A stretch of DNA of 40,191 nt from Actinomycetes bacterium (GCA_043788135.1 JAYVUF010000302.1:1-40191); one strand, 5' to 3'; shown: positions 23,566 through 31,642, counted from the first letter of the stretch. Notes: generated from the sequence alone by a model not told the origin. Made by a program: numbers and translations.

Positions 23566-23847
23566 TTAACCCTGTTGCGAATGGGATTCTAATTTGCGTC
23601 CAACTTCGGAAGCGAATTGCTCAACCAAATCCCGCAAGGAATCGGTAGTGAGGGTAATATGCAGGCCTTCGCCGGAATCCATGTCGGTGACGGCGACTGT
23701 GCAGAGTCTGCCGTCCTCAACGGAAAGAAAGCCAAGACGAACATTCAAGGTATTTTCAGTGGTTTGGAATCCTGTAAGAGGACTTCCGTCTTCGGTTTTA
23801 CCTAAAAAAGAGTGGACTGCCGAAGGATTGCGGATTGGTTTGTTCAT
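23566..23847 (-). CDS. Hypothetical protein (93 aa)
   Basis: RBS AGGAG. Intact ORF. Confidence 0.55.
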   Translation of the reverse strand: MNKPIRNPSAVHSFLGKTEDGSPLTGFQTTENTLNVRLGFLSVEDGRLCTVAVTDMDSGEGLHITLTTDSLRDLVEQFASEVGRKLESHSQQG

Positions 23848-23858
23848 GCTTGAGACTC

Positions 23859-24065
23859 CTAGGTTTCGGATTCGATCCAGCCGATGAGATTGGCGACGGC
23901 TTGGTTATTACGAACGATGAGAAGGGCTTGGGCTTTGTATTGAGTGCAAGCGCGGCATTCTTCTTGGGCAGCCAGAGGATCACCTGATGCTAATAAATCC
24001 TGGGCCATTGTGTAGCATTGATGGGATTTTTCCACTAGGTCGAAAAAACGGGCTTGAAGGTTCAT
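23859..24065 (-). CDS. Hypothetical helical protein (68 aa from ATG 24065)
   Basis: ATG preceded by GGAGGATAACCATA. The track's longer start overlaps the upstream gene. Confidence 0.55.
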   Translation of the reverse strand: MNLQARFFDLVEKSHQCYTMAQDLLASGDPLAAQEECRACTQYKAQALLIVRNNQAVANLIGWIESET

Positions 24066-24088
24066 TATGGTTATCCTCCGAAGTGAAT

Positions 24089-24439
24089 CTAAGCCCAAAC
24101 GTTTCGGTTGAAGAGGACGGCTGGGCCGTGAATTTTGGGCCAGTTGGAAGTGTCGGCGTTTGCGTCTTCATGAGCCAGCATATTTGCATGGTAGATAAGG
24201 GTTGCGGCCTCATTGACCGGGAGTTTCTTCAAAGCACCCATGTCGTCTACAAACATACTGCAATAAACCCCGTCTTGCCAAACTCGGACGTGTTCAATGT
24301 AGGCAGGATCGACGCCTGGGGATTGGATCAAAGGTTAGACAATGTCGCGGATAATTGCAAAGCCAGGTGCCCAAGGCCATTCAATCTTGTGCAAGGTTGC
24401 AATGCCGTCCAGGCCGATGATTTGATATTCGGTTTTCAT
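24089..24439 (-). pseudogene. DUF3846-like gene interrupted by one in-frame TAA (34 codons, TAA at 24335-24337, then 81 codons)
   Basis: Hand translation gives MKTEYQIIGLDGIATLHKIEWPWAPGFAIIRDIV*PLIQSPGVDPAYIEHVRVWQDGVYCSMFVDDMGALKKLPVNEAATLIY...GPAVLF. The two halves together look like a single domain. AAGGAA RBS lies before ATG 24439. Confidence 0.5.
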
Positions 24440-24465
24440 CGTTTTGTTCCTTATTGAAGCTTGGA

Positions 24466-24681
24466 TTAATATGAATAGCCGGACTTGGTATGAGCAAGCA
24501 ACGGGGACTCAAGATGATGCGAGCCGAGCCATTCGGATTCAGGAATGGGTTTGCCGCCATAGCGATCCGAAAGTTGCTCCCATAAGGTGATTGAAGCGCC
24601 TTGGCGCATGGCCTCGGAGACGCTCAAACCTTGTTGGTAAAGATTGGCAGTTAATGAGTACTGAAGGCCGAGTTTACGCAT
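24466..24681 (-). CDS. Hypothetical protein (71 aa)
   Basis: Start trimmed to ATG 24681, preceded by GGAGCGTGTGTG. TGATG overlap with the upstream stop. Confidence 0.55.
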   Translation of the reverse strand: MRKLGLQYSLTANLYQQGLSVSEAMRQGASITLWEQLSDRYGGKPIPESEWLGSHHLESPLLAHTKSGYSY

Positions 24682-24878
24682 CACACACGCTCCAATTTGC
24701 GACCGGCTTTGGTAATTTGGGCCGTTAAGGGGGAAATTTTGTAGTCTGGTGTCTGGGTCCGTAGGCTGGCTCGTTCTTCTTGCTTCAATCGAAGCAAAGC
24801 GAATGGAGCAAACATCAGCATAATAAGCTGGGGTACGAGCCAAAGGACTAACAATGCCGCTAGGATGAATTCAATCAT
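24681..24878 (-). CDS. Small membrane protein (65 aa from ATG 24878; track start 24905)
   Basis: MIEFILAALLVLWLVPQLIMLMFAPFALL. The ATG is preceded by the same GGAGCGTGTGTG as the next gene. Confidence 0.5.
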   Translation of the reverse strand: MIEFILAALLVLWLVPQLIMLMFAPFALLRLKQEERASLRTQTPDYKISPLTAQITKAGRKLERV

Positions 24879-24962
24879 CACACACGCTCCGAAAAAAGTT
24901 GCCATCCGTGGCCCATGAATCCTTGAAAGGAAGGGTTTGCCGCCTTCCCTTCGGAAAGGTTG

Positions 24963-25295
24963 TTAGGCCGCATTCCATTCGCTAACGCGAACCCATGAGC
25001 CATCCCATGCTTTGCCATTCAAAAACCATTGGCCTTTGCGTTGGCAAACCGAGACGCCGGGAAGACCATTCAAGCGTTCTTTTGTCGTAACCGTTTGCCA
25101 ATTGCCATCGCAGATTTCGAGTTCGTTTTTAGCAAACACTGGCATGCGAGCAATCACATTGCCGTGAAGCTTGAGAATCGAGGAATCAGTTCTTTCATCC
25201 TTAAAAGGGCGAATCTCCACGCTCATGTTTGCTTTGCGAAACGAACGAGCGGAAAGAAATGCACGGATCGATTCGGTAGTGATTTGACGGCTCAT
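24963..25295 (-). CDS. Hypothetical protein (110 aa) of a family common in phage/plasmid early regions
   Basis: RBS GAGGAG. LHGNVIAR...GNWQTVTTKERLNGL...KGQWFLNGKAWDG pattern. Confidence 0.55.
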   Translation of the reverse strand: MSRQITTESIRAFLSARSFRKANMSVEIRPFKDERTDSSILKLHGNVIARMPVFAKNELEICDGNWQTVTTKERLNGLPGVSVCQRKGQWFLNGKAWDGSWVRVSEWNAA

Positions 25296-25371
25296 GGTCC
25301 TGCTCCTCAAAACGTTGAATTTTCGTACCGCCTTGGCCCCAATTAAGGGGCTTTTGGTCTTTATTCAGGGC

Positions 25372-25551
25372 TTAGTAACCAGCCCAAGCGCGCAATTCAC
25401 TAAAATCAGCAAACTGAAGCAAGGTTTCCTTCCAGCCTTCTGGAGTATTTAAATGTTCCATTACGCTGACCACGAATGAGTCCAAGCCCCACATTTGCTC
25501 GCGTACAAACCAATCGTGTTGCGAAGCCCAAGTTGCTTGTTGTCTGGTCAT
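25372..25551 (-). CDS. Hypothetical protein (59 aa) ending in ...LRAWAGY
   Basis: ATG 25551 preceded by AAGGAGATTCGAA. ASQHDWF...ELRAWAGY resembles small proteins of plasmid leading regions and phage early regions. Confidence 0.55.
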   Translation of the reverse strand: MTRQQATWASQHDWFVREQMWGLDSFVVSVMEHLNTPEGWKETLLQFADFSELRAWAGY

Positions 25552-25661
25552 TTCGAATCTCCTTGCTTGAATGTTTTCTGTTTCGTTAAACAAAGAATAG
25601 TCGAATCAATCGCGCAATGCAAGGAGAGTTTGCAGCCGTTTGTCGGGAGTATCATCCAGTC

Positions 25662-26150
25662 TCAATCATCATCATAAACACTCAACCCCTCTTCATAAGA
25701 CGGCTCATTCCCTTGCATATTTTCCTTCAAAGTTTCCGAACGTTCGCTTCGAGCCCGCAATTCAAAATCATGCAAGCGTTCTGGCGCCACTACATCATCT
25801 CGGTGAAATCCTTTTGCAATCCTTCGCATACTCTCTTCGGCTTCAAAGTCTGGCCCTAGCTCGATGCCCGTTTGAGCTGCAATCTTCTGCAATTTTTCAT
25901 TCATCCATTCCGGGCGAATGGTGACATCCCAAAACCCTCCGATTGCTTCGCGCATGATAATTTCCATATCAGCCACGCGGGCAGCCGTCAATTCTTCATC
26001 CTTCATCCTATCCAGGCGAAACGGTCTGACATAATTGTACATCTTGAGCTTGAAATTGGTGGCTTCGGCTTTGGAATCAAACCTAACGGTGACTGGCTTC
26101 AATGAGGCATCGAGCCAGATACGGCGGTAGACGGTGACTTTGATGTTCAT
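25662..26150 (-). CDS. First gene of the leftward arm (162 aa from ATG 26150; a TTG at 26174 is possible), with an acidic C-terminus. It is a paralog of 21503-21802
   Basis: Intact ORF with no clear SD. See the paralog finding. Confidence 0.5.
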   Translation of the reverse strand: MNIKVTVYRRIWLDASLKPVTVRFDSKAEATNFKLKMYNYVRPFRLDRMKDEELTAARVADMEIIMREAIGGFWDVTIRPEWMNEKLQKIAAQTGIELGPDFEAEESMRRIAKGFHRDDVVAPERLHDFELRARSERSETLKENMQGNEPSYEEGLSVYDDD

Positions 26151-26876
26151 AAGGGAGTTCCGAGTGAGTATCAATGAGTATTAAGCTTGCATGCACAGTT
26201 TATGCCTATTCACGACGATTCGCAATGATTTGCGATGATCTCGGAAAGGCTCAAAAGGCCAGTCCGGATGGGTGGGGTAGGGTATATAGGTAGTCTCTTT
26301 TTTTATTTTTTTTTTTTTGCAAGCACTATCAGACGGACGGTAGGACGGTGATCCGGAGTGCCTATTTGGCCGTTTCCGAGATTGTCGCGAATTACCGCGA
26401 ATTCTAAGGAATGGATTTGAACCGACTGATACTAGGCATCCAGGCTGACCCACTCACTAGCCTAGCCTCTCTCCGCCCGCTCACGCCCCCCTGAGCCCTA
26501 CCCACTACGTTAGTGCATGGTTGCATCGCATCACGCTCACACGCAGCCACGCTCACGCCTACACCATTCCGCCCGGCATCCTGGCCCATCAGAACGCACG
26601 CTCGAAGGCATCCAGGCTAGGCTGATGATTGACTGAGAATGAGAAGCATTCCTACCTATCCCCCCGCACTCGACTCCATCGCATCCGACAAGAAGGGGGG
26701 GGACTTCCGCCGAACAGGGGGGGTTAAATATTGGAGGTTTAGGCCTAGTAGTTTGAGTGGATGGCTGACCTCAAAACCCTAATGGACGGGGGGTCTCTTT
26801 TCCCGTAAACTTTCGCTATTCCTTCCCATTCCCAAAAAATTAAAAAACGAAATTTACGACACCCTGGAGGCTAAAA
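26151..26876. other. Non-coding control region between the divergent arms (promoters; candidate ori/pac/regulatory repeats)
   Basis: No protein-like ORF in 726 bp. Contains direct repeats, homopolymers and strong C>G skew; see the finding. Confidence 0.7.
26197..26225 (-). promoter_or_regulatory. Candidate early leftward sigma70-type promoter, TTGCGA-17 nt-TAAACT
   Basis: The reverse complement of tcgcaa (26220-26225) and agttta (26197-26202). It lies 20-45 nt upstream of the first leftward start codon. Confidence 0.35.
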
Positions 26877-27395
26877 ATGCCTACTCAGCTCAATACGACC
26901 GAATTCTCGGCCAAAATTTTAAAAAAAGTCCGCTACACGCATGATGCGATGATCGATCAGATTATTGCCAATCCCGGCGTCTCGGAAATTGAATTGGGCG
27001 AACTTTTCGGCTATTCGAAGCAATGGGTTTCGCGCCTGATGTGCTCGGATGCCTTTCAAGCCAGGCTGGCGCTGAGAAAGGAAGAAATTGTCGACCCAAA
27101 GTTGACAGCCTCGGTTGAAGAAAGGCTCCGGGGCGCCTTGAGCTTGAGTTTGGACATTTTGCAGGAAGGTTTGGAAACCAATCGGAACTTTGCGAATGCC
27201 TTAAAAGTGGCCGAATTGACCCTTAAAAGCGCTGCCTATGGCGCCCGAGGCCAAACTAACATCACAAACCAAAGTTTTGTCGTAGCCCTGCCCGCTGTCA
27301 TCCCAAATGAAAAAGACTGGGAAGCCCAATTCAACCCAATGACTCGAATTGCCGCCGACGCAATCGATGCTGAATGTCAGGAGATTAAAGAATGA
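26877..27395 (+). CDS. Small terminase subunit candidate (172 aa) with an N-terminal HTH
   Basis: RBS GGAGG. SEIELGELFGYSKQWVSRLM is HTH-like. It is the first gene of the late arm, upstream of TerL. Confidence 0.6.
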   Translation: MPTQLNTTEFSAKILKKVRYTHDAMIDQIIANPGVSEIELGELFGYSKQWVSRLMCSDAFQARLALRKEEIVDPKLTASVEERLRGALSLSLDILQEGLETNRNFANALKVAELTLKSAAYGARGQTNITNQSFVVALPAVIPNEKDWEAQFNPMTRIAADAIDAECQEIKE

Positions 27396-27679
27396 GAGGT
27401 TTAAATCCGCAATTGATGCAAGCGCAGACTCCGCAGGCGCAACCTTTGACTAATCCGCAAACTTTGGGACTTTTGATGCAGGCTTATAAGGGATATCAGG
27501 ATTCGCAAACCCCTCTTACGCCTGGAGCTACCGGAGCCGATTATGCAGGCTCGCAAATGCAAGGAACCGGCTACGGAATCGGTCAACCTCTTGTTGCAGG
27601 CGGCGCAAGTGGTCAATCCAATCCTCAATATTCCCAACTTCTCCAAGCCATGATGCAAGCACGCGAAATGGGACAATAA
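27392..27679 (+). CDS. Q/G/P-rich low-complexity protein (95 aa)
   Basis: ATGA and TAATG coupling to terS and terL. The sequence is roughly one-fifth Gln. Confidence 0.45.
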   Translation: MRGLNPQLMQAQTPQAQPLTNPQTLGLLMQAYKGYQDSQTPLTPGATGADYAGSQMQGTGYGIGQPLVAGGASGQSNPQYSQLLQAMMQAREMGQ

Positions 27680-29178
27680 TGACAGCCCTTGCCGCCGCTC
27701 CATTTGCTGCTCTCGGCAAACATCAGCAAATCGTCTGGCAACCCCAACCTGGACCCCAAACCGCACTTATCCAATGTCCGGTTTTTGAGGTCTTTTTCGG
27801 AGGTGCAAGGGGAGGCGGTAAGACTGAAGGCTCAATTGGCGATTGGCTGCAACATTCCAATCTTTATGGCGAAGATGCAATTGGCATTTTCGTCCGCAAA
27901 CAATACAAACAATTAAAAGAAGTAATTGCCCGCTGCAAAAAGTTATTCAAAAAGTTGGGAGCTACTTACAATGAGCAAAGAGCCGAATTCATCATGGCCA
28001 ACGGCGCTCGACTTGCGTTCGTACACTTGGAAAGAGATTCAGATGCTGAGGCATACCAAGGGCACTCTTATACGCGTGTGTATATTGAAGAAGTTACCAA
28101 CTGGGCTTCTCCGGCCTCCATTAACAAGCTCAAAGGTACATTGCGATCTGGTGCGGGGGTTCCTTGCGGTATGCGTCTTACCGGCAACCCTGGCGGCCCT
28201 GGGCATCAGTGGGTGAAAGCTCGCTATATCGATCCGGCTCCAGAAGGTTTCAAAATTTTGGTGAGTGAAGAAGATTTTGAAGTCGGGGACATTATAGTTA
28301 AAACCTCAGTTTCCAGAGTTTTCATTCCTTCTAAAATTAGCGACAACCGTCTTTTAATGATGAACGACCCTGGATACGTTGGCCGACTTGCACAAACAGG
28401 CTCGGAAGCCCTCGTTAAAGCTTGGCTTCAAGGTGACTGGGATGCAGTAGACGGGGCATTCTTTGACGAATGGGATGATAACAAACATGTCCTTCCAATG
28501 GCCTGGCTGGATGTAATTCCAAAAAATGCCTTGAAATTCTGTGCATTCGATTGGGGCTCGGCCCACCCATTCAGCGTCGGCTGGTATGCAGTTTCGGACG
28601 GAACTTGGGGACTTCCAAAAGACGCTCTTGTAAAATATCGTGAATGGTATGGCGCAAAAGGCCCAAACGTTGGCATCAAAATGGAAAACAAACTCATTGC
28701 AGAAGGAATTCTTGAGCGTGAGAAAGAAGACGTTGCGAAAGGCTGGAGAATCACCTACCGAGTCGGTGACCCAGCAGTCCACATCCGCTCGGGCGGACCC
28801 TCAATTAACGAACAAATGGCTATCAAAGGGGTTTCTTGGAACAATGCCGACAACAAGCGAATTCCCGGTGCCGAAATGATGCACAATAAGCTCAAAGGCA
28901 CAAACGGAATACCTGACCTTTACTTCCTGGAATGCTGCGAAGATACTATTCGTACAATCCCTTTCCTCGAACACGATGAAAAAAATCCAGAAGACATCAA
29001 CACCGAAATGGAAGATCATGCTTATGACGAAACTCGCTATGCCGTCATGAGCCGGCCTTGGAATCCCCGCGCAACAGTCCCGATGGGGATAAATTACCCC
29101 AAACTTCCATCCGAAATGACAATCAACGAACTCATTGCTAAGCGGACTCGCACTCGCAAAGCCGCAAACGAATTCTAA
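27679..29178 (+). CDS. Large terminase subunit (499 aa)
   Basis: Walker A FFGGARGGGKTEG and Walker B-like RVYIEEV. C-terminal nuclease-like acidic motifs. Size and position are typical. Confidence 0.85.
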   Translation: MTALAAAPFAALGKHQQIVWQPQPGPQTALIQCPVFEVFFGGARGGGKTEGSIGDWLQHSNLYGEDAIGIFVRKQYKQLKEVIARCKKLFKKLGATYNEQRAEFIMANGARLAFVHLERDSDAEAYQGHSYTRVYIEEVTNWASPASINKLKGTLRSGAGVPCGMRLTGNPGGPGHQWVKARYIDPAPEGFKILVSEEDFEVGDIIVKTSVSRVFIPSKISDNRLLMMNDPGYVGRLAQTGSEALVKAWLQGDWDAVDGAFFDEWDDNKHVLPMAWLDVIPKNALKFCAFDWGSAHPFSVGWYAVSDGTWGLPKDALVKYREWYGAKGPNVGIKMENKLIAEGILEREKEDVAKGWRITYRVGDPAVHIRSGGPSINEQMAIKGVSWNNADNKRIPGAEMMHNKLKGTNGIPDLYFLECCEDTIRTIPFLEHDEKNPEDINTEMEDHAYDETRYAVMSRPWNPRATVPMGINYPKLPSEMTINELIAKRTRTRKAANEF

Positions 29179-29188
29179 GGAGTCCCTT

Positions 29189-31639
29189 ATGCAAGACGAA
29201 TTTGATTTTAAAACTTCAGACCCGGAGGCTCCCAAAGCCAAGGAAATGAACCTTGTCCAGCATTGGATTGAGGAGGTTCAAGCGGCTGAAAAACGGGAAC
29301 ATAAATGGAGACAAGAAGGTCGCAAGGTCATTCAATTGTATGAGGCGGATCGAAAAGTAGATTATCAATTCAACATTCTTTATTCCAATACTGAGACTTT
29401 AGCCCCGGCACTTTATTCCACAACCCCCACACCGGTTGTGCAACGAAGATTCAAAGATGAAGACGTTATTGGGGCTGAAGCTTCCAAAGTTATTCAAAGA
29501 ATGTTGGCTTATTCGATCGACAATGGGCAGGCAATCTATGCCGCTTTTGACTCTTTGATGAATAAAGCGGTGCAGTCTGCATTAGTTCCGGGAAGGGGGA
29601 TTGTCAGATACAAATACGATGCTGAGATTGCGCAAACAAGCATTCCGCCTGAAGACCCTGAAGATCCCGACACTAGGCCAGAAGATGCTTTGCCAGGTAC
29701 TGTTGAAGGGGAGATTCAAGCTGGAGCCCAAGTCCAATGGGAGTCTGTTTGCGGCGAACCTGTTCAGTGGGATCGCTTTTGCCACGGTTACGGCCAAACT
29801 TGGCAAGATGTTCCTTGGATCTGCTACAAATGGCCCCTTACAAGAGAAGAATTGATTCGCAATTTTGGTCAAGAAATTGGCTCCCAAGTCCTCATCTCTT
29901 CAGTCAGCGATAAGGAACTCGACTCCGACGATAAACAATCCGAAGACGCAATGAAAGGGATGAAAATTGCTTGGGTTTATGAAATTTGGAACAAAGCTAC
30001 GAAGGAGGTTATTTTCGTCTCGGAAGGATACAAAAATGGACCTTTGAAAATCGTGCCTGATCCTTTGCAATTAACGGGATTCTTCGATTGCCCTGAGCCT
30101 TTGAAATTCTTCGAACGGATTAGCAGCCTGCTTCCTCAAACTCTTTATGCATTCTATGAAGAACAGGCCAAGGAACTCAACCAAGTTACAGCTCGCATCG
30201 GCCGACTGACGAAGGCTCTCAAAGTACGTGGGATTTACGATTCATCGATTGACGCTCTCGGACGTATTTTCGAACAAGACGACAATGAACTTATTGCAGC
30301 AGACAACACCACTGCAATGTACGAAAGAGGTGGGATTGAAAAAGCAATCTGGCTCCTTCCAATCGACAAAATCATAACCGTTCTTCAACAACTCTACATC
30401 AATCGCCAGCAATCCAAACAAGTAATTTATGAAATCACTGGCTTAAGCGATATTCTCCGAGGAACTTCGAATCCGAATGAAACCCTTGGCGCACAAAAAA
30501 TCAAAGATCAATGGGGTAATCTTAGACTACGCAAATTACAAAAACGGGTCCAAGCATACGTTGTGGATTCTTTGCGCATCATGGCCGAAATTGCTTGTTC
30601 TAAGTTCGCTCCGCAAACGATTCAGCAAATCACCAATTTGCAGTATCCGAGTCAGCAAGAAAAACAAGCCGCTCAGGCTCAACTAATGCAGGTTATGCAG
30701 CAAGCTCAACAAACCGGCCAACCGCCGCAACCTCCACCACCAGAAATTGAAGCCATTCTTTCCAAACCTTCTTGGGAAGAGATTCTTTCAGTATTGCAAA
30801 ATGATCTTCAACGTTCGTACAGAATTGACATTGAAACAAACTCCACCATTGAACCTGAGGCTTCTGAAGACAAAGAAAGCATGATGGGTTTGATGAATGC
30901 GTTGAGCCAATTCTTGATTGGTGTTCAGCCTCTTGTTGCAGACGGCTCGCTTCCATTCGATGCCATGCGGGCCATGATGCTCACGATTTCGCGCAGATTT
31001 AACTTCGGAGACCAGGTAGAAGATGAGTTGAAGAAAATGAAAGCTCCGGCTCCGCAGCCTCAAGAGCCTCCTCCAGAATTTCTTAAGGCTCAAAAAGACC
31101 TAGAATCAGGTCAGCAAAAACTTCAAGCCGACCAAGCGGGGCTTGAACAAGCCAAAATGCAGCTCGATAATCAGGCCAAATCCAAAGAAATGGAGATCAA
31201 ATTCAAGGAATCTCAGGCCTCCCAACAAATCAGTTTTGACCAAAAAGAAGCTGAAATGGAGATTGATTTTGCCAAGCGAGAGGCTTTGCTTGAAATCAAG
31301 ATGGCTCACCTTGAATCCACTGCGGAAGTTTCAAACAAAGTCAAGGAAGGTAGCATGGCTTTGCAGACCGAAGCGGAACGGGCGAATCTCCAGCATTCCG
31401 CTCGGGAGGAAAGTGTGAGTAAGAAAGAGGCGGAAAGTATGGAGTCTGAGACTTCGGATGATGCAGCGGAAGAGGGTAAGGAATCTGAACTCCTGACAAC
31501 TATCAAAGATGGGCAAGTCCAGCTGGCAAATGCTATGGCCAAAATGGCTGAAGGTTTGGAATCTATGGCTAAGGCTCACAAGGCCCCTCGCACCATCAGT
31601 GATGGGGTTAAAACCTTTACAGTAAATAGTGGAGATTAA
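29189..31639 (+). CDS. Portal protein (816 aa) with a long C-terminal coiled-coil/acidic extension
   Basis: Start at ATG 29189 after AAGGAG. It follows TerL. FNILYSNTETLAPALYS...VVQRRFKD is a portal-like N-region. The last ~200 aa are E/K/Q/A-rich heptad-like sequence. Confidence 0.75.
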   Translation: MQDEFDFKTSDPEAPKAKEMNLVQHWIEEVQAAEKREHKWRQEGRKVIQLYEADRKVDYQFNILYSNTETLAPALYSTTPTPVVQRRFKDEDVIGAEASKVIQRMLAYSIDNGQAIYAAFDSLMNKAVQSALVPGRGIVRYKYDAEIAQTSIPPEDPEDPDTRPEDALPGTVEGEIQAGAQVQWESVCGEPVQWDRFCHGYGQTWQDVPWICYKWPLTREELIRNFGQEIGSQVLISSVSDKELDSDDKQSEDAMKGMKIAWVYEIWNKATKEVIFVSEGYKNGPLKIVPDPLQLTGFFDCPEPLKFFERISSLLPQTLYAFYEEQAKELNQVTARIGRLTKALKVRGIYDSSIDALGRIFEQDDNELIAADNTTAMYERGGIEKAIWLLPIDKIITVLQQLYINRQQSKQVIYEITGLSDILRGTSNPNETLGAQKIKDQWGNLRLRKLQKRVQAYVVDSLRIMAEIACSKFAPQTIQQITNLQYPSQQEKQAAQAQLMQVMQQAQQTGQPPQPPPPEIEAILSKPSWEEILSVLQNDLQRSYRIDIETNSTIEPEASEDKESMMGLMNALSQFLIGVQPLVADGSLPFDAMRAMMLTISRRFNFGDQVEDELKKMKAPAPQPQEPPPEFLKAQKDLESGQQKLQADQAGLEQAKMQLDNQAKSKEMEIKFKESQASQQISFDQKEAEMEIDFAKREALLEIKMAHLESTAEVSNKVKEGSMALQTEAERANLQHSAREESVSKKEAESMESETSDDAAEEGKESELLTTIKDGQVQLANAMAKMAEGLESMAKAHKAPRTISDGVKTFTVNSGD

Positions 31640-31642
31640 GCC

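Noticed and set aside
24335-24337. Genome-wide stop-codon reassignment suggested by the in-frame TAA
   Set aside because: All large genes (polA, terL, portal, SLT protein, fibre) are intact under the standard code, and TAA is used as a normal terminator many times. A single internal stop does not support recoding.
25311-25371. gcccc-aatta-ggggc hairpin followed by ttttgg on the + strand, inside the leftward operon
   Set aside because: The U-tract is on the non-transcribed (+) strand for this arm. It could stop antisense transcription, but there is no evidence for a + strand transcript here.
26181-26589. Two - strand ORFs (90 and 61 aa) inside the control region
   Set aside because: They have Arg/Gly/Ser/Pro-rich, non-protein-like composition driven by the G-rich strand. 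They run through the poly-A/T tract and the repeats, and have no RBS.
26434-26618. Direct repeats in the control region considered as a mini CRISPR array
   Set aside because: There are only two exact 13-bp copies, 172 bp apart, plus one degenerate copy. There is no regular repeat-spacer periodicity and the repeats are far shorter than CRISPR repeats.
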